From the NCBI GenBank assembly GCA_951406725.2, contig OX597815.1, positions 42,346,001-42,410,000 on the forward strand: a stretch of 64,000 nucleotides of DNA, written 5' to 3'. The position numbers and the translations under genes were made by a program. Position 1 is the stretch's first letter; the number at the start of each line of letters is the position of its first letter. Below the pieces are notes generated by a model. It saw only the letters and a list, made by a program, of their open reading frames with translations, was not told the DNA's origin and ran no database searches. Of the stretch, positions 38,748-53,214 are shown piece after piece. This DNA is from Octopus vulgaris. Taxonomy: Eukaryota.

Positions 38748-40779
38748 TGTATGTATGTATGTATGTATGTATGTATGTATGTATGTATGTATGTATGTTT
38801 GTATGTATGTATGTATGTATCTATCTATCTATATATCTACCTATCTAAATGCCTGACTATATGTATGTAAGTATGTAGATATATGTGGTGAGTGATTGAG
38901 AGAATTTTCGATTTAATGAATTAATGACCGTAACTACCGAATGTCTGTTAAACCGAAGATAACCTAGAAGCCATTTTTATTGTCTATAAAGTAAGAAAAC
39001 ATGTAAAACAATGTTTACTATTGCACAGTATGCAACATAATACATATGCAATTGTTTTTGGAGCAGACTGGGGTCATAACTTTGTCTTCCGAAGCTACTC
39101 CAAGCAAATTATTTTAGAGTTTCCTGATATAAAGAAGTTAGACAAGCTTTCGCTTCACACGTAATAACAATACGTAATAGGACTGAAACAACGACTTTTA
39201 TTTCACGATGAAATCAGTGAAATAATGTCATATTAACTGAATGCAATATGAAATGCTTTAATTCTATCGCACTTATGATATACCATCTAGTCTCTCTCTC
39301 TTTCTCTCTCTCTCTCTATAAATACTCAAACACACGCAGATGGGCGTTCGACATGCTAGAAATTGCAGCTACATCTCTCTCAAATTATATTTCATCATCT
39401 GATAGTTATTTATGGTTCTCAGATTTATCACTATCCAGTATGGAATATTGAACAGTAAATTGAAAGTAGGTATATGTAATTGAATACAAGAAGTACAGAT
39501 TACTAAATAAATAAATAAATAAATATATAAATATATAAATGAATGAGTGGGAGTTCTCGAGTTATAAAATTACTTGTCATCATCATCATCATCGTAGTCA
39601 TCGTCGACGACGTTGTCGTCGTCGTCGTCGTCTTCGTCGTTCAATGGAAAGTAATGAAAAATTAGCACGAAAATAATTATATAATTAAAAAAATGTTTTC
39701 GTGAGAAGGGTTTACAACTTAAAAAAAATTTAGTAAGATAGGAAAATTGACTACTATTATTATTAAAGTGAAAGAAAAGATAGCTTAAGGGTTATATTTT
39801 ATACATTAGATGTGATTATTTCTGGTTGAGAGTATTAAATCAATAAGGATTTAAAGGAATTAAGAGATTAAAGCAGAATAACTACTACACATACCCCTAA
39901 TTTAAAACATCTAATTATTTCTGATTTATAATTCATGGTTTCCAAAAAAGGCATTCCATTTAGTATTGAACGGAGAAGCGGATTCTAAACCGAAAATATT
40001 AATTTTACTTTAAATTGAAATTTTTTTAAAAGAATTCAAGGATAAGGAAAAGAAATCTAAAAAATATTACTGTCCCAAATATTGATTTCAAATTTTGGTA
40101 CAAGGCTAGCAATTTCGTGGGGAGGGTGTAAAAGTCAATCTCGGCGGAATTTGAATCAGAACGTAAAGACGAACGAAACGCCGCTAAGCATTTTGTCCTG
40201 CGTGCTAACGATTCTGCCAGCTCGCCGCCATACTCTCCTAAATATTAGCAGATAAAATTTGTCTTTAATAACAAAAGTAAGCCTTCTACTATAGACACAG
40301 GGCCTGAAACTTTTGTGGAAGGAACTAGTCGATTGCATCGGTCCCACTATTTAATTGGTACTTATTTTATTGACTCCGAAAATGATGAAAAGCAAAGTTG
40401 ACCTCAGCGGAATTTGAACTCAAAACGTTAACCTGGACATCAGTGTTTTGAAACTGACCTGGTCAGAAATATTCAGCACTGAGTTGCTGAAACAAAAATA
40501 TCGTTATAGTAAATATTCTGCTCAATACGATAGATTTGCTTGTCAGTTGCTTGACCTTAACCACTCGAGCATATCCTTTAGTGGCTGACAATATGTACAT
40601 CTCTGATCATGAGCAGGGGTAGTTGGGGAGCATCATAGTGTTGAGAAGGATTATTTGGGGTTTGAATAAATGTAACAAAAGCAATGTTTGAAGGAAATAT
40701 TAGTCATTTTTCATGCTTTCTGGGGCTGAGCAAATTGAAAATAACAGTTGCTACTCAAGGACAAAAATTGTGTGACACA

Positions 40780-41700
40780 GTGTAATGGGTTCCAAGCTGA
40801 AGTAACGAGCTCTCATTAGGTTTGTGACGATGGAGGGTGCAGGTTGTTCGGTATCCACAGAAGGCTTCAGGTTCGTTACAGAGATGACACCATTGACAAG
40901 AGCAATGCGCACTGATGAAAGATGAAGTTTAGAGGAAGTAAAAATCAGCATTAGATACAAACTAAGCTGTGAAAGATGATCAGTTGCAACCATTGGCACT
41001 AATGATGAAAAACTTGGAACATCTGAAAGTTTCAAAGTGGATACATTGATAAATGACACTCAATTTGAGTGAATGATTGGTAGAGGATTGCTCTGATCTG
41101 CTGAAAAGCGGTTTTTTTGCTGATTTGGTGTTAGGAGGTGAAATATGGGCGTATCTTTATGATTCGGAAAAGAAAGCTCAGTCTATGGAATGACATCACA
41201 TATCTCCAAGGTCTAAAATGTTCATGAACCAACGATCAGTACAAAAAGCCATGGGGACTAGTTTTGGGGATGACAAGGGTGTCATTTTCATTGGTGTTCT
41301 AGAACGTGGCTGTACAGGGGACAGCTAGCTGATATCGAGCGTACAGCCAGAAGACAACGAGTGGTACATTTATACACCCAAAAAGCTTAGAGAAGCCATG
41401 AAGCGGAAGACACCGAACAAGAATATAAAAATGATTCATATTCACCATGACAACAAAATGTTTGGTAATAAATCAGACAATGGGAAAACTAGTGCTGGTT
41501 AGTGGTATGCCATCGACCGCAAAGTTAGATCTTGCACCCTCTGATTTCCACTTATTTGGCCCATTGAAGGGCAATCTTCGGAAACAACGATTTGTTGATT
41601 CAGAGGATGTGAAAGTGGCTGTGAAGTAATGGGCACAACAGTGCACACCTGAATTTTTTTCCAAGAAGATTTGCAGTTTGTACCACTTCTAATCGACACT
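40780..41700 (+). pseudogene. Old, decayed mariner transposase
   Basis: *RALIRFVTMEG...GGEIWAYLYDSEKKAQSME*HH...SVQKAMGTSFGDDKGVI...DLAPSDFHLFGPLKGNLRKQRFVDSEDVK. Confidence 0.8.
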
Positions 41701-43111
41701 GTGTTAAGCAGTATAATCTGCCGACATGTGAAATTTCAATGTACTATGTCTATCTTTTGTTATGCTGATCTCCGTGTGTCTGTCCATCACAAGGGACAGA
41801 AGGGAGGAAAATAGGGGAGGAGAAAAGTTATTGTTGAGAGAGAAATACAGTGAGATAATGAGATAAAGAGAGAGAAAAGGAGGGAGTGTATGTGTATGTG
41901 GAAGATAGATAGATAGGTAGTGTTATCAATATAGCAACTAACAAGGAAATATATAGCAGCTAACAAGGAAAATTTCAAGTGCAAGTCTTAAAGCAATGCA
42001 ACACAGCTTCAAAAATTGAGAAAATGCTTTAACTTCATAAAAACATTGACAGTTATCTGTTTTGTTGTTTGTGTGTGCGTGTGTGTATTACTGTGTGTTT
42101 GAGTGTTTCTGTATTTTTTCAAAAAAAGACTTTCACTATAATGACGTTTTTGTTGCTGAGAGAGAAATTCAGTGAGGGAGAAAGAGGGAGAGAGAGAGGG
42201 GGAGAGAGAAAGAGAGAGGGAGAGAGAGAGAGGGAGAGAGAAAGAGAGAGAAAGAGAGGAGAGGGAGATAGATAAATATATATATAGAGAGAGATAGAGG
42301 GAGAGAGGGAGAGAGAGAAAGAGGGAATGTGTGTGCGTGTATGAGAGATAGATAGATAGGTAGTGTTGTCATAAAAGTAACTAACAAGAATTTCACTATA
42401 TAACAGTCTACTATCAAAAGAAGGTACGTGCATGATTAACAAATAATTTTACCGGTAGCGTAGCGACGATTGAGGACCCAGTTAATAAAAATGATGTAGC
42501 CCCTTTTGCAATGCTTTTGACACAACCTTTATGTATGTGCTGTAGTTGTTATTGATGTTTGTACGTCTGGGTAAATAACGAATTGTAACTTATTTTCAAA
42601 AGATGTCTTTAAACGTTTGTTACTTTAGTAGGTTTGAAACGCACCATAGTCACGTAAACGAAACTTATACGTGTGTTTGTGAATATATTTTCAGATAGAG
42701 AAAGTTGATTCTTGAGAAGGATTGTAGTTGCATATCAACATCAGAAAAGGTAAGTCGAGACTTGTTAATTTTCGAATATCATGCATACTGTTGTTGGTAT
42801 TGTTTAGCTTCTGCCCTGCCATCATCTAGAAATCTATGACCAAGGGCGTCCATTTCGTTAGCTTTCCGTTTTTAGAAATGTATCTAAATGTTGTGAGATG
42901 GTAGACGCATTAGAGTGTTGGACGCAAGAGTATGAAATGTTTTGGCGCCGCGCATTCGAATTCGAGGCTGTCTTATTTGACATCAAGTGTTTTAATGGAT
43001 ATCTCGTTCTTTCCACCACCTCCTTCTCTGTTTATGTGTGTATGCATCTAGTTATGTTTGTATTCATATGCAATGACTCGCTTTTTCCCTCTCTCCTCCT
43101 CTCCTCTCTAC

Positions 43112-43525
43112 ATTTCTTATTTCTTTATTGCTCACAAGGGGGTAAACATAGAGGGGACAAACAAGGAGAGACAAAGGGATTAAGTCGATTACATCGACCC
43201 CACTGCGTAACTGGTACTTAATTTATCGACCCCGAAAGGATGAAAGCAAAGTCGACCTCGGCGGAATTTGAACTCAGAACGTAACGGCAGACGAAATATC
43301 TATTTCTTTATTACCCACAAGGGGCTAAACACAGAGAGGGCAAACAAGGACAGACAAAGGGATTAAGCCGATTACATCGAACCCAGTGCGTAACTGGTAC
43401 TTAATTTATCGACCCCGAAAGGATGAAAGGCCAAGTCGACCTCGGCGGAATTTGAACTCAAAACGTAGCGGCAGACAAAATAAGCATTTCGCCCGGCGTG
43501 CTAACGTTTCTGCCAGCTCGCCACC
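43112..43525 (-). mobile_element. SINE family A tandem dimer
   Basis: Two core+tail B units, with the same junction as 2041-2441. Confidence 0.88.
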
Positions 43526-44438
43526 TTCTCTCTACATTTCTCTCCCTCTCTCTCCCACTGTTTCACGCTCTTTTTCCCCCTCTTTATCCTTCGCTCTATC
43601 TGTATGTGACTATTTTTCTGCATGCATGTATCTTTGCCAGCAGCGTCGAAAAGTTCTGTCACCAAAACGGGCTGAATGTTGTGCCAGCCGCACCAAATTG
43701 TCAGCGACGAAACAACAGCGACAAATTGTCCTGTCCCGGGGTAAAATATCACGCAGTATTTCTTCGGACTCTCTACACTCTGAAGTCAAAACGATCAGAA
43801 TTCACTTACTTGATCAACAGAAACACCCGACCCTGAAGTAGAGTGTAAGTGGCCGAGCATTCCTCTGTCATGTGTGCCCTTAGCATCACTCTCACGCAGA
43901 AAAAGCTGACATGGTGAAATAGTTGTACCTTTTAAATGACACGTTTTTATACCGTTTCCATCTATACAATTTCACGCTTTCAGTACAATTCGATTTGGGA
44001 CTACCGAAATGGGCGCTGGTCTACAAGTCTACGACTTGGAAGGAAACCTGTGTGACTGCTCAGCGAACTTGTTAGGAATAACACCACCCTTATGCGTGTG
44101 TGTTTGTGTGTGTGTATAGGTTTATATATGCATACATACATACATACATACATACATACACACACGCACACACACATATACACAATACATATGTATACAC
44201 ATGTATATATACATTTAGAAGATGGAAGCTGAAAGAAGACCTTCGTATACACACGCATACACACACTTGTGTGCATCTCTGTGCTTGTCCCATCACCACC
44301 GCATGACAACCGGTGTTGGTGTGTTTACGTCCCCGTAATTTTGGAGTCGATTCGTTCAACTAAAATTCTTCCAGGTGGTGGCCCTGCATGGCCGCAGTCT
44401 AATGACTGAAACAACTAAAAGAATAAAATAGTATACGT

Positions 44439-44477
<39 letters not shown>

Positions 44478-44834
44478 TATACTTTTGGATATTTATTTAT
44501 TGTCATGCAAAGGGAAGTAATTCTAATCGTATTTATATTACCTCCCTTGACTCTTTTCTTTACAAGATCGATCTGATATCCGTATCTAGCATCTGCATAA
44601 ATGTTCACAGTAGAAGCATATATGCTATTATTATTGATGACTGGGTAAAAAAAGGCAAGATAAAAAACGTTGCTGAAAATCGATACAAGTGAATGGTGTA
44701 TAATGATGCAGTATTCATTATGCATCGATTTCGAATGATGTTTTTATAGCATATATAGCAAATTATTTCAAGCGACATTCTAGTTGCATCACTTTTCGAT
44801 TTAATGACGATTAATCACTAAAAACCTACCTCAC

Positions 44835-44872
<38 letters not shown>

Positions 44873-44984
44873 AATACCTATATATGTATATATATACACA
44901 TACATATACATATATATATATGTATATATGCATATATATATAGCATGGCCACAGCTCATTAGCTGAAACTGGAAAAATCAAAAT

Positions 44985-45054
<70 letters not shown>

Positions 45055-45065
45055 ATATACCAATA

Positions 45066-45257
45066 CAGGTTATTGTAAAGACTCTTTGTAGTACTTATGT
45101 ACCATTACGCTTGTTTCAATTGCTAATAGGAATTATAAAGTTGTACATTTAAGGGAAACATGTCCGATATCTTCTAGATGTATAACTTTGTAACTCCTGT
45201 TAGCAAATGATACGTGTGTAAAGGTGAATAAATACTATCAAAAATTTTTCTAATCTG
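45066..45257. mobile_element. Degenerate palindromic MITE
   Basis: ttgctaataggaattataaagttgtacatttaag is mirrored by ctagatgtataactttgtaactcctgttagcaa; the outer arms pair weakly. Confidence 0.6.
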
Positions 45258-45434
45258 TTGCCTTGATATGTAATCTCTCTGAACTAATTATTTTCGAGAA
45301 TATTCAATTCTTATACATACCTCACATAAATGTAGCATCTATAATTCTGGAATAAGCAGATGTGCTCCAATAAGACACGATAGCACGAGAAACGATTTCC
45401 TTATTAGTCGGAGTCCGGAAAGTCCTTGTAGTTT

Positions 45435-45502
<68 letters not shown>

Positions 45503-45506
45503 TAAA

Positions 45507-46766
45507 CAAGGTTGAGTAAAAAGTAAACAACGTTTTGTACCGGATTTTTGCAGTTTTGGCTTGATTTTCAAACATTGTTTTGCAATTGTCTGAAGATACA
45601 GACATAGACTTGCCCAAATGCATCACTAAATTAACATTGATATTCTTTTCACCGTTGTTACCATCATCTGAAATGTAACTGTCAAAGTGCGATATTCGAG
45701 CAATTTCGGTATTCGAACAATTTCAGTATTCGAGTAATTTCATCCTTCAAAAAAGGTTGTAAAGCAGCTGAAATTGCTCACGATATCAACGAAACGTTTG
45801 GTGAGGAAATGATATGTGAGTGTTCAGCTCGAAAATGGGTTAAATGATTTCGCTGTGGTGACTTGACTCTTGAAGATTGTGAGCGAAGTGGGCGCCCATC
45901 TGTCATCGATGACTGTGAATTAGAGATCGTCTTTGAGAATGATCCACGTAAAACCACTCGAGAATTTGCAAAAGAACTTCAAGTTAGCCAGAAAACTGCC
46001 TGCAACTATTTGCATGCGATCATAAAATCAAAACAGCTCGACAAATGGGTACCATACGATTTGAATGGAAATTAGAAAATGCGCAGATATGAAATTTGCT
46101 CGTCGCTTCTTGTCTGTAACCAGACCGATCCATTCTTCGACCGTATTGTAACTTGCGATGAAAAGTGGATTCTATACAATGATAAAAACGTTCTTCGCAG
46201 AGGTTGGACCAAAATGGAGCACTGAAAAACCTTCCCTAAACTCGAGTTCTTCAAAAGAAGGTTATGGTGACTGTTTGGTGGTGTACGCTGAACTCATCTA
46301 CTATAACTTCTTAAAACCCAGGATAACCATTACTGCAGAAACATATTGCCATGAAATTGCCAAAATGAACGAAAAACTGCTACTCTACCGTCAACATGAG
46401 AGGGCCAATGATTCTTCATGACAATACTGAACTACATGTTTCACTAATGACGCTCCAGAAGTTGAGGGAACTTGACTACGAAGTTCTTCCACACCCAGCT
46501 TATTCGCCAGACCTTTCTCCCACCGACTAACATTTTTGTAAGCACCTTGATGGTTTCATGAGAATGAGTTAAAAGTGCATTCAAAGTGCATTCAGCTCCA
46601 GAACTCCAAATTTTTATGCTACCGGAGTAAACAAACTTGTAACTCGTTAGCAAAAATGCGTTGATTGTAATAGTACTTACTTTGATGACTAGAATTTCCG
46701 CATTGTTGAAATATATTGTGATGAATTTCACATTTCAAAACGTCGCTTACTTTTTATTCAGTCTGA
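45507..46766 (+). mobile_element. Near full-length decayed mariner (Hsmar1/cecropia-like motifs)
   Basis: TIR remnants caaggttgagtaaaaagtaaacaacgttttg and caaaacgtcgcttactttttattcagtctg. Translation includes LEDCERSGRPS...KWVPYDL...DPFFDRIVTCDEKWILY...HPAYSPDLSPTD. Confidence 0.9.
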
Positions 46767-46767
46767 T

Positions 46768-46798
<31 letters not shown>

Positions 46799-48164
46799 AA
46801 TCAGAGGAGAACCAGTGTTCATTACTCCTTATAAGCTGGTGGGAACAAAGGTATTCTCAAACCAGTGATTTTCTTGGACATTTGAGTCCGTTATATGCGC
46901 ACAAGATGCTAAGCAGTGAAACTGGGCGACAGGTTAAGCAATTTCGCGCCACGACCAAAACATGTAGGCTTTGGTGAGATTTGAGCGCAAGGTGTTGGTA
47001 GGATAGCACCGACATCATATGCGATGACAGCCATATTGCTGTGGTTAGGTTAGGTCCAACCGAGCAAGAGTTCTCTACAGATCTTTCTAGCAGCCGAAGC
47101 AATAGTGGTGGTGGTGGTAGCTCTACCAGATTTGGTTCGAGCGGGACAAGCAACAGCCAGGTTATATTTAGGAAGGTATTCCTCGCTACATGTCAGGACT
47201 CGGAAACGATCCTTTTTAAGACACATAGGCATTCTTGAATAACACATCGCTCTCACAGATTCACTCTACACATTTCTTGACAGCAAAAATCTATATCGAT
47301 GAATGAATACAGTAATATTACATCCATGATACCTTTGAGGTATTTACTGAGATCATATATGTGGATGCATTTATCCATCCTGCTAAGGACGTTTTCGGTT
47401 CTCAACTATAATATACGTTCACATATACTTATATCAAGAGGAGTAAGATCTATGAGAGAAAATTTGATATTCTGTTGCTGGCATTATTAGCATCGCATAC
47501 AGGGTGAGTGGGTTGTCCTATAATTTGGGCAAAATGGGTCTTGTTGTGTCTAGGGAGAATCATCTTGTCAAAATAATTAACACACAAACTGTTTCAATTC
47601 CACTTATATACTAAATATCCGATTGTTTTGTTTTACAAGGCTCTTTCATCACTGAGAAGGTTGCAAGGAGCAACGAAAGAGTTTTAACAAAAGCCAAAAA
47701 AAAAAAAACCCAAAAAACAATCGGATTTTTAGTAAACGATTGAAATTGAACCAGTGTGTGTGTGTGTTATTTATATTGGCTTGTTGATTCTCCCTAGACG
47801 TAACAAAAATTGTTTCAACACACGAATTCACATAAAGAATCTTGCAAGTCAGATACAAAAACGAAATAACAATGGTTATTTTCTTTTTCTATAGTTTATA
47901 TTTTCTTAACCCTTTTACGAAACCCTTCTTCTTCTTCTTCTTCTTCTTCTTCTTCTTCTTCTTCTTCTTGTTTTTATATTATTATTTTATATTATTGTAC
48001 ATTATATATATGAATATACGTATGTGTATGTCTACACGTACACACACACGTACACACAAGCATAAATAGTACATACATTCATACAAACATGCGTAAATAC
48101 GTATATATATATATATACATACATATATGCTATATTTGTATGTATATATACATACATACATAGG

Positions 48165-48610
48165 GTGGCTGCCCCCTCGTTATCGAGTATGGCCATTGCA
48201 CGAAGCTTAATTAATGTTGTTATCGTGCAATGCCTGTGCAAGAAGATTTATTTTTAAAATGAGGAAAGGCTGTGCGCTGAGTCAATCCCACTCACGAAGC
48301 AACAGCAGCCATAATCCGAAAAGAAGAACAAGTCAACATCATCGGTAACCACTGAGCCGCAGGTTTTATGTCGGAGTTATCCCAGTTACCTGAGTTACCT
48401 TCTCCTAGAAGGATACCCTAACTTTCGAGTGCTACTGGTAACATGTAACCCAGTACAACCTGTTGCATGGTCGGGTCGTCGGCGACTAAACTGGCAACTC
48501 CACCAAGCTTGCTTGGTGAGGAGGGTGTTTATTGGACACCCTGCGGGATGAAAAACAAAACCCGTCAAAGGGCGGAGGAACTCTTGAGAGTCAACGGCCA
48601 TCCAATAAAT
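48165..48610. mobile_element. Probable RTE-type LINE 5'-UTR fragments
   Basis: GC-richer island between TA tracts, with the motif gagttaccttctcctaga (reverse of the ctaggagaagg..actc motif I associate with RTE 5' UTRs). Recall-based only. Confidence 0.35.
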
Positions 48611-49212
48611 GTCGTAAGGCTATACATACATATATGCTATATTTGTATATACATATTATACGTATGTATTGTATCTATATCTATCTATTTATTTGCGTGT
48701 ATGGGTGAGCGTGTACATGTGAAAAACATTCACACATATATACAAATACTTGTATATATATTATCTATCTATTTATATGTATGTGTGTGTATGTATATAT
48801 ATATATATATATATAAATGAAAATTAAATAGAAACTTTATATACCTTCGAAGTTTTTGAATTATGTACGAAAACTTAGGTCTTTTCCTAAACAAGTATTA
48901 ACTAGAAAGCGCTGCATCAAAGGGAAATAAATCACTTTTCATTGCTATACACGATTTTGCTTTAGTTGTCTGTTATACTTCTTCCCCTTTAATACATTGT
49001 AACGATTGGGAATTAGAATATTACGTGAGATGGGTTAGCAACAGAATATGTTTCCCGATAGATTTTAAATTGCTACTGAAAATCACACGTTTAATTCGGA
49101 AACATGTCTTGAGATTTAGAGAAGGGGATATAAGCATGATATCTATATCTTTCTCCCTTTCTATCTGTCTTCCTCCCCCTCTCTATATGCATGCATTTAT
49201 GCATACATATAT

Positions 49213-49529
<317 letters not shown>

Positions 49530-49662
49530 AACACACGCATATAGGGTCATACAATACCGACGTGCTCGTTTTCTAAAATAAAACCAGCTTGAAGTGACAG
49601 TGCCTATTATAATAACTTATAATATTAACAACCATCTAGTATCATCGATATTTGTGGGTCCT

Positions 49663-50015
49663 AAGGTGGTGAGCTGGCAAATTCGTTAGCAAGCCGGGAA
49701 AAATGCTTAGCGACATTTCCTCTGTCTTTATGTTCTGAGTTCAAATTCTGCTGAGGTTGACTTGGTATTTCATTCTTTCGGGGTCGATAAATTAAGTACC
49801 AGTTGAGCACTGGGATCGATGTAATCGATTCACTCTTTCTCCTGATCTTACTGACCTCAAATTTGAAATAAATATTTGTAGGCTCTTAGGTGGGGAGTTC
49901 AAATTCCGCCGAAGGTGATTTTGCATTTCATCCTTTCAGGGTCGATAAAATAAGTACCAAGTCTTATCCTACCACTGAAATTACTGGCCTTGTGCCAAAA
50001 TTGGAAATCAGTATT
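49663..50015 (+). mobile_element. SINE family A plus a partial second copy
   Basis: ggtggtgagctggcaaattcgttagc head; the core is repeated at about 49895. Confidence 0.8.
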
Positions 50016-50150
50016 TGTGGTTCTTAAATGAGTTATAAATTATCTTCTAATTACAATAATAGATAAAAAAATGCAAGTCGATAGCTACAAAACCACTATA
50101 CTCACTTGAGTGATAAAAAGTAAATCACTTCTAGCTATGGAGACATGATA

Positions 50151-50465
50151 GGAGGCGCAATGGCCCAGTGGTTAGGGCAGCGGATTCGCGGTCGGAGGAT
50201 CGATGTTTCGATTCCCAGTCCGGGTGTTGTGCGTGTTTATTGAGCGATAACACCTAAAGTTCCACGAGGCTCCAGCAGTGGGTGGTGGCGACTCCTGTTG
50301 TACTCTTTCACGCCAACTTTCTCTCACTCTTTCTTCCTGTTTCTTGAGTAACGCTGCAATGGACTGGCGTCCGTCTAGCTGGGGTAGAGGGGACACATAC
50401 ACCATAGAAACCGGGAAACCGGGCCCATGAGCCTGGCTAGGCTTGAAAAAGGCGCAAAAAAAAAT
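50151..50465 (+). mobile_element. SINE family C, full length with A-tail
   Basis: tRNA-like head and tail catagaaaccgggaaaccgggcccatgag...aaaaaaaa. Confidence 0.85.
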
Positions 50466-50497
50466 ATGGAGACATGTTAGGTGTATATTAATAGGTA

Positions 50498-50769
50498 AAC
50501 TTTTTCGAGTCACGCCGACTCATAAGGGCCAGTTTCCCGGTTCTATGGAGTATATATTCCCTATCTAGACTGGACACCGGTCAGTCGCATAATACTCGTA
50601 AATAAATGAGGACGCAGTATTACTCATGTTTACCAGCTGAGTGAACTGGAGTAACATGAAATGAAGTACTTTGCTCAAGAACAACACTAAGCGTCGCACG
50701 GTCCAGGAATCGAAATCATAACCTTACGATCATGAGTCCAACACCCTAACCATTAAGCCACGTGCCTCC
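50498..50769 (-). mobile_element. Family C-related SINE with CORE-like segment, opposite orientation
   Basis: Minus head ggaggcacgtggcttaatggttaggg...ttcgattcc, CORE-like tcttgagcaaagtacttcatttca, and a tail shared with 50151. Confidence 0.8.
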
Positions 50770-50953
50770 GTGGTGGAAAATAGCAATTGTGTTGGGGATG
50801 GTGGGGTGGTGGAACGTTATGTTGATACTGGTGTGTTAAGTCGATCAACGTGACTAGCAGTATTAGTGCGTATCAGTTTATAAGTAAGCAGGTGTTTGGT
50901 CACGTGTTCCAGCACATTTATACATACATACATACATACATACATACATACAG

Positions 50954-50985
<32 letters not shown>

Positions 50986-51592
50986 GCATACACACACACC
51001 CATATATATGCAAACATACATACGTACACACACACACACGCGCGTACACACATGTCATAAATTTATAAACTTTTGAGAGTACATAATTCTTTATTGGAAT
51101 AGTATATCTCGAAGCACATTAGGAGGACGTCAGAATACTAACATGCTATTCCTTTGTCATTTCTTCTCTTCGACTTTTGGGCTTGGTTAAAGTCTTTCTT
51201 ATAAGAGAAGAAGCAAAGCATGTCATATACATGAAGATTTTAAAACTTGTTAAGTAACCGCTTGGTTCGTATCAAACGGTCTTTGTGTGTTTGTAGGCAT
51301 AATTTGACCGCTCCTCAGTACATAAGACTTGTATCGAATGTCCTTCTGCACTATAGTTCACAAGACCACTCCAACACCAGAAGTTCTTTGACAGTGGCCC
51401 TCTTTGATTTATCGGGAAAATCACTGATAATAGTTTGAACCCGTTAGATAAATTGCAGAGATCTTTCAGTTTTCGTTTATCAAATGCGCTCTCAAGGCAT
51501 AGGTCGGCTCGGGGCTATAATTGAAGACACTTACTGAAGGTACCATGTGGTTGCGAAACAAACTTCTTCATAGACAACCATACCTGCACCCA

Positions 51593-51713
<121 letters not shown>

Positions 51714-51767
51714 GTGCAATTGTATATCTATCATTCTCTTACACACACGCACACACCCACACCCACA

Positions 51768-52340
51768 CAGAGCTTTGCCTCACTTTACGAGGACTCGCTT
51801 TACGAGACCCCTGGTTTACGAGTTTTATTTTTTAACTTACTTTTGTATGGTGAGCTGGATTTTTTTCAAGAACAAGATCCAAATTTTGAACGAAATGGAA
51901 AAGTTTCTGCGTGTTAGCGAGAAATTCATATGGAGCGAGAAAAAGCTTCGTCTAAGCAAACAACTATAGATTTGTTTTTAAAAAAGAAATCTACAAGTCC
52001 GTCTACGAGTGCTTGTGAATCAGCGATCGCGTCTACAAGTGATGGTGTGCGTGAGTGTAGTGCGAGTGGAAGTGATTCAGAAAACGATTATAATAATAAT
52101 AATATTTTTTATTATGAATGATCTGGATATTCTTTTTACTTTACATAAAATATTCTATACATTCTACTGTTGTTTTATTGCCATTTATTTACGAGTATTA
52201 TGAATTTTATAATTTAAAAAATATTTTTCTGAGAACGAAATTACGATTTATAACATTGCTACTATGGGAAATTACTGCTCTGCTTTACGAGTTTTCGTTC
52301 TACGAGCGGTCTCCAGGAACAAATTCGAGGTATTACGATG
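51768..52340 (+). mobile_element. Tigger/pogo-like deletion derivative
   Basis: Subterminal tttacgag repeats at both ends, right end cgaggtattac...TA, and internal FFQEQDPNFER / KASSKQTTIDLFLKK transposase C-terminus-like remnant. Confidence 0.6.
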
Positions 52341-52343
52341 TAC

Positions 52344-52371
<28 letters not shown>

Positions 52372-52379
<8 letters not shown>

Positions 52380-53125
52380 AGAGTAAATAATATCTTTAAT
52401 GGTTTTTAAAAACACCAACAATTATTTACTGGTAGATTTCGGCATGTAAATATAACCATTAACGATAGGAACTTCTATAAAAGTTCAATATATATATTGT
52501 ATATAAATAAAAGAGGCAGGCAACAGATTGCTTAGCCACATACCGAAAAAATTAGAAATAGCAGTCAAAGACTATTTATTTCTATTTTCTACAAATGAGA
52601 CTCCACATACGACATATCCCTGCAATTCACATATGCAAAACAGAAGGAAGAAATAACGAAGACAAAGTCTGACGGTCATTTACAAACGCGTTTCTAGATT
52701 AGGAATATAATAAAATATAAATTCCATGTCTTTCATCAGCGTAAACCTCCACTAAAATAGATTTATCAAATGCTACGTACCTCCACTTCCCGATCAGGCG
52801 ACATCGAAATAGTGGAAGAAAGCAAGCATAGGCTAAACCAATATAGACGATTGAATTCGTAAATTTTCCCTCCAAAATTTTACCATGTGTATTACAAAAA
52901 TAGTTCCTTAGAGATAGAAACTATGGGTTGTCGTAAGGGAGTAAAAATTCCAATTAGTAATATAATAAGAGTAAAGAATATCTTTAATGGTTTTTAAAAA
53001 AAACCAACAATTATTTACTGGTAGATTTCGGCATATAAATATAAACATTAACGGTAGGAACTTCTATAAAAGTTCAATATATATATATTGTATATAAATA
53101 AAAGGCAGGCAACAGGTTGCTTGTG
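52372..53125. repeat. Direct repeats of about 160 bp, spaced about 590 bp apart (52372-52535 and 52961-53125)
   Basis: tataataagagtaaa...ggtagatttcggcat...aggcaggcaacag is present twice at high identity. Confidence 0.95.
52679..52745 (-). ncRNA. Minimal hammerhead ribozyme motif with canonical CUGAUGA core
   Basis: UUUACG-CUGAUGAA-[agacauggaau...auuccuaaucua]-GAA-ACGCGU-U-UGUAAA: 6-bp stem I, palindromic ACGCGU stem III, GUU triplet. Confidence 0.72.
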
Positions 53126-53138
53126 GCTAAGCAACCTG

Positions 53139-53198
<60 letters not shown>

Positions 53199-53214
53199 CA
53201 TACATACATACATA

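Noticed and set aside
41745-42485. Possible plus-strand degenerate Helitron with an internal duplicated gatagataggtagtgtt motif
   Set aside because: The terminal hairpin and CTAG are too degraded to support a call.
46830-47270. GC-richer island with short ORFs on both strands
   Set aside because: Probably an old TE fragment, but I found no diagnostic motif.
50151-50225. tRNA-like sequences (also 9151, 58547, 2041)
   Set aside because: These are SINE heads with A/B boxes that continue into SINE bodies; no complete cloverleaf is supported.
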